Program-made: the position numbers and the translations under genes | Source of the DNA: a bacterium | GTDB taxonomy: Bacteria; UBP15; UBA6099; JAJRTR01 | Assembly: GCA_024278215.1 (NCBI GenBank) | Contig: JAJRTR010000072.1 | Span: 1-38,561, forward strand | DNA: 38,561 bases | Direction: 5' to 3' | The notes under the pieces: model-generated | What the model was told of the DNA's origin: nothing | The model's database searches: none | The model's input: the letters and a program-made list of their open reading frames with translations, nothing else | Part shown: positions 19,700 through 29,490 of the stretch, in pieces | Numbering within the stretch: the stretch's first letter is position 1 | Layout: each line of letters begins with the position of its first letter

Positions 19700-19766
19700 G
19701 TCCTGCTCCCCATCCTGTATATTGCAAACCGCAATACATTATACAGACCATTTCCGGGCATATAAA

Positions 19767-19888
19767 TAGTGGCTGAACGAAAACCTGCTCCTGCCGGAAT
19801 ATACGCAAAGTGCCCGCTATCTTCGTTTGCACTTTTCGTATATACTTCCTTCGCTGACAGTCCTTTCAGGGTCTGCATTCAGCCACTA
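19767..19888. mobile_element. MITE-like palindromic element family D (122 bp)
   Basis: Perfect 11-bp terminal inverted repeat TAGTGGCTGAA / TTCAGCCACTA, with an internal stem GGAATATACGCAAAGTGC / GCACTTTTCGTATATACTTCC. Confidence 0.75.
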
Positions 19889-19925
19889 ACCCGCATATTT
19901 CACGAATGCGGGTGAAAAACCGGGA
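19887..19925. repeat. Truncated left end of family B, sharing its TA with the end of the family D element
   Basis: TAACCCGCATATTTCACGAATGCGGGTGAAAAACCGG matches the reverse complement of the 29007 end. Confidence 0.8.
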
Positions 19926-19957
19926 TAGTTATTGTTTTACCGTTACTGTATTGCGTT

Positions 19958-20440
19958 TCATAATTGAAAAGACCGGCCTTCGAGCTTTTCGCATTTTGCA
20001 ACGATTCCTTCGGGGATATTCGTCCTTCTGGTGTTGTTGTAATCGAAGAATACAGTAATGCAGTCACCTTTTGCGACAACACATTTCTGCCCATGGCTCA
20101 CCGCGAGGAATTCCATACGCCACTGAGTAGGTTCGATCTTCGCGACACGCACAGCGAGGGCAAGTGTGTCGGGATATGTCACCGGTCTGACATAAGTTAT
20201 ATGCGCGTCGGCAAGTATCGGGCCGACGCCTGTTTTCCTTTTGTGTTCCCCCAGACCGAGCACATCGCCGTAACTGACACGGACATTCTCGAAATAATGA
20301 AAATATTGCACGTTATTTACATGCTGAAAAGCATCCATATCGCCCCACGCCACCGGCCAGTCGAGCACTACCGGATATTTTCTCAGCAACTTTTCAACTT
20401 TTGCGTCACGTTCCGTCATACGAATAAACTCCTGTTGCAT
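19958..20440 (-). CDS. Acyl-CoA thioesterase (4HBT/YbgC hot-dog family)
   Basis: VAWGDMDAFQHVNNVQYFHYFE, Y.RPVTYPD. Confidence 0.9.
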   Translation of the reverse strand: MQQEFIRMTERDAKVEKLLRKYPVVLDWPVAWGDMDAFQHVNNVQYFHYFENVRVSYGDVLGLGEHKRKTGVGPILADAHITYVRPVTYPDTLALAVRVAKIEPTQWRMEFLAVSHGQKCVVAKGDCITVFFDYNNTRRTNIPEGIVAKCEKLEGRSFQL

Positions 20441-20470
20441 AGGATTGGACTATTTTGGATAAGGTATTAA

Positions 20471-20498
20471 ATGGATCCCGGCTTATGCCGGAATCCAT
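20471..20498. other. Strong intergenic hairpin (REP-like or terminator)
   Basis: ATGGATCCCGGC-TTAT-GCCGGAATCCAT, between the SDR and thioesterase genes. Confidence 0.5.
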
Positions 20499-20589
20499 AT
20501 TTTCTGCAAGGTGCGAACCGCCCGCACAAGCGACGACTCACACAGACAGACCTCACCGGTATCCTTACATCATATCGAAAAACTGCGGC

Positions 20590-21645
20590 TTACTTGAACC
20601 ACTTGATGCGAAGCGGCTCCATGTCCTCGGATTTGATCCAGTCGGTCATTTCGATAAGTCCCACACGGCAATCCGGATACTGGAACTTGAAGCCGAGGTC
20701 TTTGAGCTTCTGGTTCGAGAAGATATAATCGAATTTCATGTAATATACAGTCGCGTCCTCGATAACCGGCCTGACGTGAGTAATATGCTTCGATACTTTT
20801 TCAGATAAATTCGCGGCGATGTGGCCGGCGGTCAATACCATCTCGAGCGGAATGTTTACATTAACCCTGATCGAAGGTTTACCAAGAAGTCCGGCGATAA
20901 GATGAAGGAAGTCGGGCAGCAGGATATTCGAGTCGTCTATCAGTGTTAACACCTCGCCGTCTACATCTTTATCCGGTGCCTCCATAAGAAACACGCCGCA
21001 ACGTGCTACGTCTTTAACATGCACAGACGGCAGCCGGGTTTCCATCTTTTCAGGCACGATCACATATTTACTGAAAGTCACAAGTTTCATAATGTTGACG
21101 AATCCGTAGCGGTTGCCCGGACCGTAGACAGGCGCGGGCCGGATCACGGTAACAGCGAAATCGCCGGCTTCTGAATACTCGAGCGCCACCTTCTCCTGCT
21201 CCAGTTTTGATATCTCGTAGGCATTGCCGGGATTTACGGGAGAGTTCTCCGTGATCGGCATCTCTTCCTGTTCGCCGTATACACCGATAGTTCCCCACAA
21301 CACCATCTTCTTGACACCGGCCTCTTTGCAGGCCTCACAAAGGTTTCGCGCTCCTTCGACATTTATCTTTCTGTTGAGTCCAAGAGGCGCCGAGTAGTCA
21401 AAGAGTGAAGCAACGTGCATCACACAGTCGACATCCTTTACTGCCGCTCCCAATGTTTCCGGTTTTGTCAGATCGCTCGGGATAAACTCAACTCCCATGT
21501 TTTCATAAAACTCCGGTTTTGCTGTCCTTTCGCCAGTTGCCAGATCGGTCGCCCTTGGCGTATAGCCTTTTTCTTTGAGCAGCTCGAGGATATACCTGCC
21601 GTTGAAACCGCCTGCTCCCGTCACCAGTACTCTGCCTTTTTTCAT
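20590..21645 (-). CDS. NAD-dependent epimerase/dehydratase (extended SDR, 3-beta-HSD-like)
   Basis: VLVTGAGGFNG, YEISK (YxxxK), RPAPVYGP. Confidence 0.88.
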   Translation of the reverse strand: MKKGRVLVTGAGGFNGRYILELLKEKGYTPRATDLATGERTAKPEFYENMGVEFIPSDLTKPETLGAAVKDVDCVMHVASLFDYSAPLGLNRKINVEGARNLCEACKEAGVKKMVLWGTIGVYGEQEEMPITENSPVNPGNAYEISKLEQEKVALEYSEAGDFAVTVIRPAPVYGPGNRYGFVNIMKLVTFSKYVIVPEKMETRLPSVHVKDVARCGVFLMEAPDKDVDGEVLTLIDDSNILLPDFLHLIAGLLGKPSIRVNVNIPLEMVLTAGHIAANLSEKVSKHITHVRPVIEDATVYYMKFDYIFSNQKLKDLGFKFQYPDCRVGLIEMTDWIKSEDMEPLRIKWFK

Positions 21646-21931
21646 ACTGCGCCTCCATAATTATTTTATTTTCTGCTTACAGCACCTCATGCTGTAGTAG
21701 AATTCAGTTGTATCCTTAACTTCTCCGGCATAAATCCGATACTATTTCACCTGGCCCGGCAAAGCCGGAACCAAAAGGTCGCATTTTCGTGCCCAAACAA
21801 ATGCGGTTTGAGCACGGCACACAGAGTTTCTTCGTTCCCATGGTCATCGCACTCACACTTTGCCACACAGGGGTTCTTCGTTCACATGTTTTTCCATGGG
21901 AACGACTGGAACTGGAAACCCCTGCATATTG

Positions 21932-22019
21932 ATGTTACCGATCCCGAGCCGCCACCGCAATGGAAGTATAATGGGCGTTATCACGATCTTCCGAATTTCT
22001 TTGCGAGAAATCCGGGATA
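21932..22019. repeat. Right half of a family B element
   Basis: CCGATCCCGAGCCGCCACCGCAA...GGCGTTATCACGAT..TCCGAATTTCTTTGCGAGAAATCCGGGATA aligns with the right half of 6587-6792. Confidence 0.8.
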
Positions 22020-22095
22020 AGAATTCCGAGCCGCTTGCTTACGCGCGCGGCTTTTCGGATATAATCCTTTGCAACTGTTCTCGTGAACAGTTACG

Positions 22096-23289
22096 TCATT
22101 TGTTTCTCTTGCGTGGTGTTGAGAAAAGCACTTTCTTGTCTACTCTGAAAAGGCCTCTCATTGATACAATCCATAAATACTCATCATCGACGAGAACTTT
22201 TCGAACCTGTCTCATGGCCACTGAAATATTGTGGTTAATAACAATGGGTTTCATCGTTTTCATGTCGAAAACCGTTATCCCCATCAGGGTGCCGGCATAA
22301 AGAAAATTTTCATCTCTCGCAAGGCTCTGCACATCGTTGGTCTGAAGGCCGTCTTCTTTTGTCAACAGCGTCCATTTGTCGTCACGGTAGATCAGTAGTC
22401 CGGGATGCGTGTTGATATTGGTCACGATAAGCTTTCCGGTCTGCACATCGTTTATAATCCTGTCGCGCTCGCTTTTTTTATAGGTGTACCACCTGTCGGT
22501 TTCCTTTATGTATATTTGTATTGTGTTGCTGTTTATTTTCAGTTTATCACCGAGAATGCTGGTCCTGTCGCCGAACGTGGCGAAAGCAAGGCCGCCCGGG
22601 ATCTCGATAATATCCTTCACCAGGGCACCGCCGCCGTGTTCATAAGGCTGGAAGTAGCGGTACTCCTCGGTCAGGCTGTCGATCCTGAGTATTCCGGCCG
22701 GCACACCCAGCCACAGGCGCTTTCCGACGATAAGCATGGCGCTCACCGGTTTTGTTTTCAGCAGCTTTATCCATTTCTCGGTATGCCTGTCGATGAGTGA
22801 AACCCCTTCCCAGTCGGGACCTCCTGAGGAAGCGACGTAAAGAACGTCTTTTGTCGGGATGAAAGCCGAGCCGGGACCGGTATGTTCCAACACGCTCCAG
22901 TGGCTGAGAGAATGCCAAGCCCCGTCGGTCGTATCGAACCGGCAGATGGTGCCTGTGTTCGTGAGTCGTGCCCAGATATAGGGGGCGTCGGCTATGAGGG
23001 AAATTGTGCCGAATCCGGGACATTGCGCAGTGTACCGGTAGAAAGACCACTCGCCGGTTTGCCTGTCGTATCGGCGAAAACCACCGGCGCGCCCCACCCA
23101 CAGATACTTGTCCGTAAGTGTCATGGCCCTGGTCGGATAACCCGTGTCCACCCGTCCTGCCGAGCCCGGCGCTGTGTCGAATTCCACAACACCTTCAGGC
23201 AGTTGCGCTGCGGACGCAATGAAGCAGGCAACCGCAACTATGGCTGCAATGGAAACCATTGTAATTGATTTTGCGGTGGTTGCTCTCAT
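22096..23289 (-). CDS. Exported beta-propeller-like protein
   Basis: Signal peptide. Repeated blades with YLWVG, RLWLG, FLYAGT, YLWIV and the GL..N.V.SL pattern of regulator-propeller repeats. Confidence 0.65.
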   Translation of the reverse strand: MRATTAKSITMVSIAAIVAVACFIASAAQLPEGVVEFDTAPGSAGRVDTGYPTRAMTLTDKYLWVGRAGGFRRYDRQTGEWSFYRYTAQCPGFGTISLIADAPYIWARLTNTGTICRFDTTDGAWHSLSHWSVLEHTGPGSAFIPTKDVLYVASSGGPDWEGVSLIDRHTEKWIKLLKTKPVSAMLIVGKRLWLGVPAGILRIDSLTEEYRYFQPYEHGGGALVKDIIEIPGGLAFATFGDRTSILGDKLKINSNTIQIYIKETDRWYTYKKSERDRIINDVQTGKLIVTNINTHPGLLIYRDDKWTLLTKEDGLQTNDVQSLARDENFLYAGTLMGITVFDMKTMKPIVINHNISVAMRQVRKVLVDDEYLWIVSMRGLFRVDKKVLFSTPRKRNK

Positions 23290-23455
23290 TTATGTCACGG
23301 AGAACGGACGTTGCGCCCGGTCGTGCGCATCCCCGATTCTTTCGGCTCCTTATATCTTCACAAATTCCCGCACATCCTGTGACCGGCCTATGGATTCTCG
23401 TATTCAATCTCGCGTTTATGTTATTTGATACTGTTAAAATTACGATTCAAATTGA

Positions 23456-24849
23456 TCATTTGATTAAAATATAGTTCTCTTTCAATATCTGCTTCGCACG
23501 ATTATAGCCGCTGTTTACAAGCTTCCTCATGTAATGCGGGAAGATGTTGAAGTGGTCCATCCAGAAAATATCAGACGATGACGGCAGGTAAATATATTGA
23601 AGATTCAGGTCGATCTGCAACATTTCGCAAACTTTTTCTTCGAGGAATTCCGTAAGTGTTTTTTTGAACTTTTCTTTGTCGTCTGTGGCAAGGTCCTTAA
23701 CAATGGCTTCGAGGTCGTCCTGGAACTGCTGTGTACCGAGATAATCGTATACCTGTCTGCGGATAGAGTAGTTCGCCCATGCCGATCTGATCTTTTGAGC
23801 TACCAATATGTACGCGGATTGAATAAGGATTGTTATCAAGCCGTGCTCTACAAGCGAGCCTTTCTTCTCCTGGTATCTGTAGGGTTCCAGTGTATGAGAA
23901 ATAATGATCAGGTCGGCCCCATTCTGTCTCGGCACATGTGTGCTCAGGGTTTTCTTCACTTCGCCGTCGATAAAATATGTCTTTTCGCCTTCGATGATTA
24001 TCTTTTTAGGTCTATAGATGACAGGCAGGGCGCATGAAGCGGCGCAGGCGGTCGATATCGGCACGGTGTCTATCCATCTGTCTGCCCACGGGTCTGCCGT
24101 GTAGGGCGTTTTCTTGTGTCCGAATATCGCCTTGCGAGGCCTGTCCAGTTCGGAGGCGATTACATAAAAATCTATACCCTTCTTCCTGCGCAGCTGATGA
24201 AAATCATTTATCTCAAGGATGTCTTCAAGATATTTTTCAATCCGGTCGGTATTGGAAAAAGCCGAAAAACTCAGGAACTCACGCAGGAAGTTTTCAATCC
24301 CGAAATAGTCGACATCCGCGTAATCTTCGAGCACCTTTTCCATGCTGCCCTCGAGATCGCCGGTGCGCATGAACTCGGGAATAAACGCCCGGGCGTATTC
24401 GTTCACATCATTTACCAGTGAGCTGAAACGCTTAAGGTCGGTAAACCTCTTCAATGTGTGAAGAAGCTGTTCCATGTCCGGCACATTCGGTGGGAATACG
24501 TCATGATACGACAGTCCGTACATCTTACCCTTTTCACGCCGGGCCGGGTTTATAAAGTATCTGATGAAACTTTTATCCGCCAGGAAACGCGCTATAGTTT
24601 CGTCTGAAAAACCGTTGGTAATAAAAGCGCCGAAAAGAGAACCTGCGCTCGAGCCGACGATTTCGTCTATCTCGAATTTCGCACCGGAGCCCTTTATCCC
24701 TATACCCTCTTCCTCCAGCGCCTTGAGCACACCAAGGTGATACCATAAAGCCTTGGCCGCTCCGCCGCTGCCGACAAAGGCTATTCTGTTTTTATTCCGC
24801 AGGTCTATTGTTTCTTTCTCTTGCCCCTGCCTTGTTTGAAAAGCATCAT
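23456..24849 (-). CDS. Patatin-like phospholipase, apparently frameshifted near its 5' end
   Basis: GSSAG nucleophile, ASCALP and IDGE motifs lie in the called ORF. The glycine-rich loop IAFVGSGGAAKALWYHLG is in frame upstream of 24730 but has no in-frame start. ATG at 24849 (MMLFKQGRGKRKK) joins it if one base is added at about 24811-24817. Confidence 0.8.
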
Positions 24850-25055
24850 AATCTGTTGCTATTGTAGATCACTCCCTGTCTCCGCTGCGACATCGCCTTC
24901 GAGGCCGTTCTCCGTGCATTCCGCAGTTGCCACCGGTTCTACGGGTTTACTGATTTTTTTGTGCTTTAATCTTAGAGTAATTACGTTTTTTTGTCCAACC
25001 GGATGCAAGAAAGCCGATGTTCAAACCTTAACAATGCGCAGGAAAACAAGAACAA

Positions 25056-25236
25056 TAAGCTGCCTGCAAAAGTCTGTTCGTAGCGAGGCCGAGCGAAATT
25101 GTTCAGAGCAGTGAGAATGCGTAAAATTCCCGCAGGTGTATTCGTAGAGTACGCTGAGGAGTTTTTTTTCGTTGACAACAAGGGGCCGGACAATGCAGCC
25201 GACCGTAGCAGTACAGACTGTTGCAACCGTCACTTA
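25056..25236. mobile_element. Palindromic element family A, diverged full-length copy (181 bp)
   Basis: TAAG...CTTA ends, basal stem TGCAAAAGTCTGT / ACAGACTGTTGCA, core TGTTCGTAGCGAGGCCGAGCGAAATTGTTCAGAGCA shared with 32741-32920. Confidence 0.8.
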
Positions 25237-26682
25237 TGTAAACAGGTCATTTATATATTCGACAAGAAGTTCCTTTGACACTTCGTTGGGCAGCGAATCG
25301 AGTATGCAGCTTATGAGCGCCATCTCTTGCGGAAGTTCGTCATTTGATATACCTGCCATTGCGGTCAGATGTTCTATTGCATCGTCACCGAAACTCTCCA
25401 TCATCATCTGCACCTGTTGCCGTATTTTGTTGATGTCCAGCGGCTCTTTACTTTCCTTCACCTCTTTTATTCCTTCAGGCAGTTCCGCCAGGAATTCGTC
25501 CACTTCGGAAACACTCGAATAATTCATGGTAATATGCAGATTGAGCGGCGATTTGTCTGTCGAAAACTGCGGCTGGAGATACCAGCCCCGCTTCGCCATT
25601 ACATCCGCGAGCTGAAACACGTTGATCGTGTCGGACGCGAACGAAAAGATGCACATCTGCGGATTGCCCAGCACATGCAGGTCACCCGTCGCGTTAATGC
25701 CGTCGATCAGTTTCTTTGTACCTTCCATAACTTCACCGAACAGTTTCTCGTAGCCTTCCCTGCCGAAATATTTCAGCATCGCCCACGCGCCCGCCATGGG
25801 GCCGCCTGACTTGCTGCTCAGCAATGTCGGGTTTACGAGCGCGTACGATGTCGCCGATGTCTCCGCGAATATCTGGTGTTTGCGTATATCTTTGTTCCTG
25901 TAAAGCACGGTGGAAGCGTTTTTCAGGGCGTATCCGAATTTGTGCATGTCGGCTGATATCGATGTAACGCCCGGCACGGAGAAATCAAAGTCGGGAATGT
26001 CGAAATCCGGCATATCGCGCATAACAGACAGCATGATCCCCCCCATGCACGCATCGACATGGAACATGAGGTCTTTCTCGAGCGCGAGCTCGGCTATCTC
26101 CCTTATCGGGTCTACAACGCCCTGCGCGTAACTCGGCGCTGAACCTACAAGAAGTATCGTGTTTTCGGTTATCGCATCGCGCATGGAATCGACATCTGTA
26201 AGGAAAGTTTCAGGAATAAAATCCGTAATAACCGTTTTCAGGCCAAGGTAATGAGCTGCTTTGTGGAAGGCGCAATGGGCGGTGCGTGAGAACACTATCT
26301 CAGGCTCCTTTATATGCGGCTTCTCGACCCTCGCGCGATCACGTGCGGACTTTACAGCGAGCATGATGCTCTCGGTGCCGCCGGAAGTGAAGTTGCCCAC
26401 AACCTGCTTGTCGCCACGCAGCAACCCGGCGATCATGCGCATGACTTCCCGCTCGAGCCGCACAAGACTCGGAAACGATGTCGGGTCAAGCGCGTTCTCA
26501 TGTATAAATTCCATATAGGCTTCTTTTGCGATCTCCTCTGCGTCCTGCCCGGCATGAAATGTATATGCGAATATCCTGCCGCTCCTCCAGTCGGCATCGC
26601 CCGCCCTGTATCGCTTCAGAGTTTCCATTATTTCGTGCCTGCCTTTGCCTTTTTCAGGAAATTTCATGGTATCCTCCCTCAT
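25234..26682 (-). CDS. Group II PLP-dependent enzyme, sphingosine-1-phosphate lyase-like
   Basis: FTSGGTESIMLAVK.AR, AH.AFHKAAHY, HVDACMGG, SISADMHKFGY (PLP Lys). The start may be ATG 26667. Confidence 0.8.
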   Translation of the reverse strand: MREDTMKFPEKGKGRHEIMETLKRYRAGDADWRSGRIFAYTFHAGQDAEEIAKEAYMEFIHENALDPTSFPSLVRLEREVMRMIAGLLRGDKQVVGNFTSGGTESIMLAVKSARDRARVEKPHIKEPEIVFSRTAHCAFHKAAHYLGLKTVITDFIPETFLTDVDSMRDAITENTILLVGSAPSYAQGVVDPIREIAELALEKDLMFHVDACMGGIMLSVMRDMPDFDIPDFDFSVPGVTSISADMHKFGYALKNASTVLYRNKDIRKHQIFAETSATSYALVNPTLLSSKSGGPMAGAWAMLKYFGREGYEKLFGEVMEGTKKLIDGINATGDLHVLGNPQMCIFSFASDTINVFQLADVMAKRGWYLQPQFSTDKSPLNLHITMNYSSVSEVDEFLAELPEGIKEVKESKEPLDINKIRQQVQMMMESFGDDAIEHLTAMAGISNDELPQEMALISCILDSLPNEVSKELLVEYINDLFT

Positions 26683-27337
26683 TTTTCGCCGGGTTCGAGC
26701 CCGGACATGCTGAATATATAGTCATGCAGAAACTTCTTAAATGCCGCCATGCTTTTCGGATCGAGCGGGTCGCCGTGCCATGTTTTCAGGTCCACGCTCC
26801 CGGAAACGAAATAGCCGTAGATCATCCAGTCGAGACTGCGGAGCGTCAGCCCGAGATCGAAACGCCTTGTTATTTTTCCGGACTTCCTCGCTTTCTCGAC
26901 GACACTGCCAAGTTTTTCATAAAGCGCGAGATAGCCTTCCACCTCCTCGCGCCTTGATGTGTCCGACCTGTCGAGCCATCTTCGCATGTAGAGCCGAGCT
27001 CGCGAAGTGTCGCGCGCATTCAGTTCCACCATCGCGTCGACAAGTAGAACAATCATTTTTCGCATATCGCCGCTGTTTCTTACTTCCCCGTCGAATCGCT
27101 CAATTATATTGCTTACGAGTGCTTCTTCCTCATGAAAAGGCGGCTTATCACCTTCCCGTATAGTTCGCTCTTGGAGCCAACATGATAATTGATAGTTGCA
27201 ATACTAAGCCCTACAGCCGATGCAAGCTGCCGTGTGGACAGACCCTCGTAGCCATGCTCGGCGAACAGTTCGGTCGCAACATCCAGAATCCTGTCAGCCG
27301 AATCCTTTGACCTTGTACCCTTGTTTGTATTCTTCAA
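26679..27337 (-). pseudogene. TetR/AcrR-family regulator split by a one-base frameshift
   Basis: 27113..27337 encodes the HTH (RILDVATELFAEHGYEGLSTRQLA...INYHVGSKSELY). Adding one T to CTTTTCATGAG (27135-27138) continues FHEEEALVSNIIERFDGEVRNSGD into ORF 26679..27065. Confidence 0.8.
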
Positions 27338-27462
27338 AGTTATATTCCCGCGTGATATACGATCAAAAAGAATCTTCCGCAGCTCATTACGGTATTACCA
27401 TGGATTTCCGCTTTCGCAGGCATATCTTGATACGCCGAAGCTTACTGCTGTGAATTTTACTA

Positions 27463-27491
27463 ATTCTATCAATCGTTCGATAGATTGTCAA
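27463..27491 (-). promoter_or_regulatory. sigma70 promoter with overlapping TetR-type operator
   Basis: Minus strand TTGACA-17 nt-TAGAAT. Inverted repeat TCTATC-N8-GATAGA (27465-27484) spans the spacer and the -10 box. Confidence 0.75.
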
Positions 27492-27500
27492 TGTAATCCG

Positions 27501-27683
27501 TAGTCCGCATAATTCACAAATACGGGTTCAAAATCGGGAGAAGGTCTTATAATACAAGGCGCGGCGGACGAGTGGTGAGGGAACATACTGCTGGTATGTG
27601 ACCGGTCCCGAGTCGCCGGCGCAACGAAAGTAGAATGGGCGTTATCACGATATTCCGGATTTCTTTGTGAGAAATCCGGGGCA
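27501..27683. mobile_element. Family B element, shorter variant
   Basis: TAGTCCGCATAATTCACAAATACGGG ... CCGGATTTCTTTGTGAGAAATCCGGG. Central hairpin CATAC-TGCTG-GTATG replaces the longer centre of the 206-bp copies. Confidence 0.8.
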
Positions 27684-27711
27684 GCGGTCCTTCTCGTGGA
27701 GTCCACTCCGG

Positions 27712-28767
27712 TCACATTCGCGGGGCAGGCACGTCGGAAAAATACTTCCGCTTGAAAATCAACGCAACATTCACAAGTCCGATGAGAACAGGCACTTCGA
27801 CAAGCGGACCAATGACCGCGGCAAAAGCGACTCCTGAATCGATGCCGAACACGGCGACCGCCACGGCAATTGCAAGCTCGAAGTTGTTGCTGGCTGCCGT
27901 AAACGACAATGTGGCCGACTGTTTATAATTTGCTCCGACTTTCTTGCTCATGAAAAATGACACAAAAAACATGATCACGAAGTAAATAAGCAGGGGCACC
28001 GCGATGCGAAGCACATCAATCGGAATTCTAACGATATATTCGCCCTTCAGCGAGAACATAACGATGATTGTAAACAATAATGCTATGAGGGTAATCGGGC
28101 TGATCCTGGGAATAAACACATTATGATACCATTCTTTATCCTTTAGCTTTATGAGCGTAAACCTTGTTATGATTCCGGCGATGAATGGAATGCCGAGATA
28201 AATGAAAACACTTTTCGCGATTTCGCCGATTGATATTTTCACAATTGTGCTTTCAAGGCCCAGCCAGGTCGGCAACAGTGTCATGAATACATAGGCGTAA
28301 ACGGAGAAAAACAGGACCTGGAAGATAGAATTAAAGGCAACAAGCCCGGCACAATACTCCGTGTCGCCGCCGGCAAGATCGTTCCACACGATAACCATGG
28401 CAATGCAGCGTGCCAGCCCGATCATAATAAGCCCCATCATATATTCCGGGTAACCGCGCAGGAACACGACAGCCAGTATGAACATCAGGACCGGCCCGAC
28501 AATCCAGTTCTGCACAAGTGACAGGCCAAGCACCTTGTAGTTGCGAAACACTCTGCCGAGTTCCTCGTATTTTACCTTTGCCAGAGGCGGATACATCATC
28601 ATGATGAGTCCTATTGCAATAGGTACATTGGTCGTACCTGCCTGAAACACCGGCTGGGTAATGAATTTAACCCAGGCCTCACTGAAATACCCTGCGCCGA
28701 CTCCCGCCGCCATAGCCAGAAAAATCCACAATGTCAGAAATCTGTCGAGGAAAGAAAGTTTTTTCAT
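27712..28767 (-). CDS. acr3: Acr3-family arsenite efflux transporter
   Basis: [53 protein letters not shown]. Start moved to ATG 28767 because the ORF-track extension begins inside a repeat. Confidence 0.95.
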   Translation of the reverse strand: MKKLSFLDRFLTLWIFLAMAAGVGAGYFSEAWVKFITQPVFQAGTTNVPIAIGLIMMMYPPLAKVKYEELGRVFRNYKVLGLSLVQNWIVGPVLMFILAVVFLRGYPEYMMGLIMIGLARCIAMVIVWNDLAGGDTEYCAGLVAFNSIFQVLFFSVYAYVFMTLLPTWLGLESTIVKISIGEIAKSVFIYLGIPFIAGIITRFTLIKLKDKEWYHNVFIPRISPITLIALLFTIIVMFSLKGEYIVRIPIDVLRIAVPLLIYFVIMFFVSFFMSKKVGANYKQSATLSFTAASNNFELAIAVAVAVFGIDSGVAFAAVIGPLVEVPVLIGLVNVALIFKRKYFSDVPAPRM

Positions 28768-28801
28768 CCTTTTTCTGTTCTCCTTATTGAAGCGATGTGT
28801 G

Positions 28802-29007
28802 TAGCCCGGATTTCTCACAAAGAAATCCGGAAAACCGTGAGAACCCCCATTCTACTGCGTTGCGGCGGCGATTCGGGATCGCTCATATACCTGCATTTTG
28901 CGCAAGAGGCCGGCTGGCCGGCTGCTCCCTCACCACTCACTTGCCGCGCCTTGTATTATTGGGCATTCTTCCGGTTTTTCACCCGCATTTGTGAAATATG
29001 CGGGTTA
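28802..29007. mobile_element. Family B element, full length (206 bp), between arsC and acr3; extra terminal hairpin follows at 29008-29034
   Basis: TAGCCCGGATTTCTC...ATATGCGGGTTA, an inverted homologue of 6587-6792. It is followed by a second GGTGAAATATGCGGGATA. Confidence 0.85.
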
Positions 29008-29043
29008 GCACGTATTGGTGAAATATGCGGGATAATGTTTTTT

Positions 29044-29490
29044 TCAACTTTCAAAACAACCCGGCAAAGTTTCTACAAAGCTTCGAATCTCATCACGTAC
29101 ACGGCGATATATATCCAACTTTTCATCTTCGCTGTCGACTCCGGCAGCCAGAGCGGGAGGATCGTCGAATCCCACATGTATAACTTTTGCTTCTCCTGGA
29201 AAGACGGGGCATGTTTCGTGAGCATGGCCGCAGACAGTCACCACATAATCAAAAGGAATTCGGATCAAATCGCCGACGTTTTTCGACGCATGTTCTGAAA
29301 TGTCCACACCGGCTTCCGACATTACTTTTACAGCGTTTTGATTCAGACCATGTATTTCAATTCCTGCTGAATAAGCATCTACAACATTGCTTTTTAGATG
29401 TCGCGTCCATCCCTCGGCCATCTGGCTGCGGCAGGAATTACCAGTGCATAGAAACAACACTTTCAGTTTCTCTTCAGCCCTGCATTTCAT
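29044..29490 (-). CDS. arsC: Thioredoxin-coupled arsenate reductase (LMW-PTP fold)
   Basis: VLFLCTGNSCRSQMAEGW, VTVC.HAHETCP, FDDP, RVRDEI. Start uncertain (29490, 29556 or 29589). Confidence 0.92.
   Translation of the reverse strand: MKCRAEEKLKVLFLCTGNSCRSQMAEGWTRHLKSNVVDAYSAGIEIHGLNQNAVKVMSEAGVDISEHASKNVGDLIRIPFDYVVTVCGHAHETCPVFPGEAKVIHVGFDDPPALAAGVDSEDEKLDIYRRVRDEIRSFVETLPGCFES

Noticed and set aside
21678-21696. Inverted repeat TACAGCA-N5-TGCTGTA upstream of the SDR gene
   Set aside because: It could be an operator, but it is a single instance with no clear promoter or cognate regulator, too weak to call.
28768-28818. 17-aa N-terminal extension of Acr3
   Set aside because: It begins inside the repeat. 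Acr3 homology and an RBS-like AAGGAG support ATG 28767.
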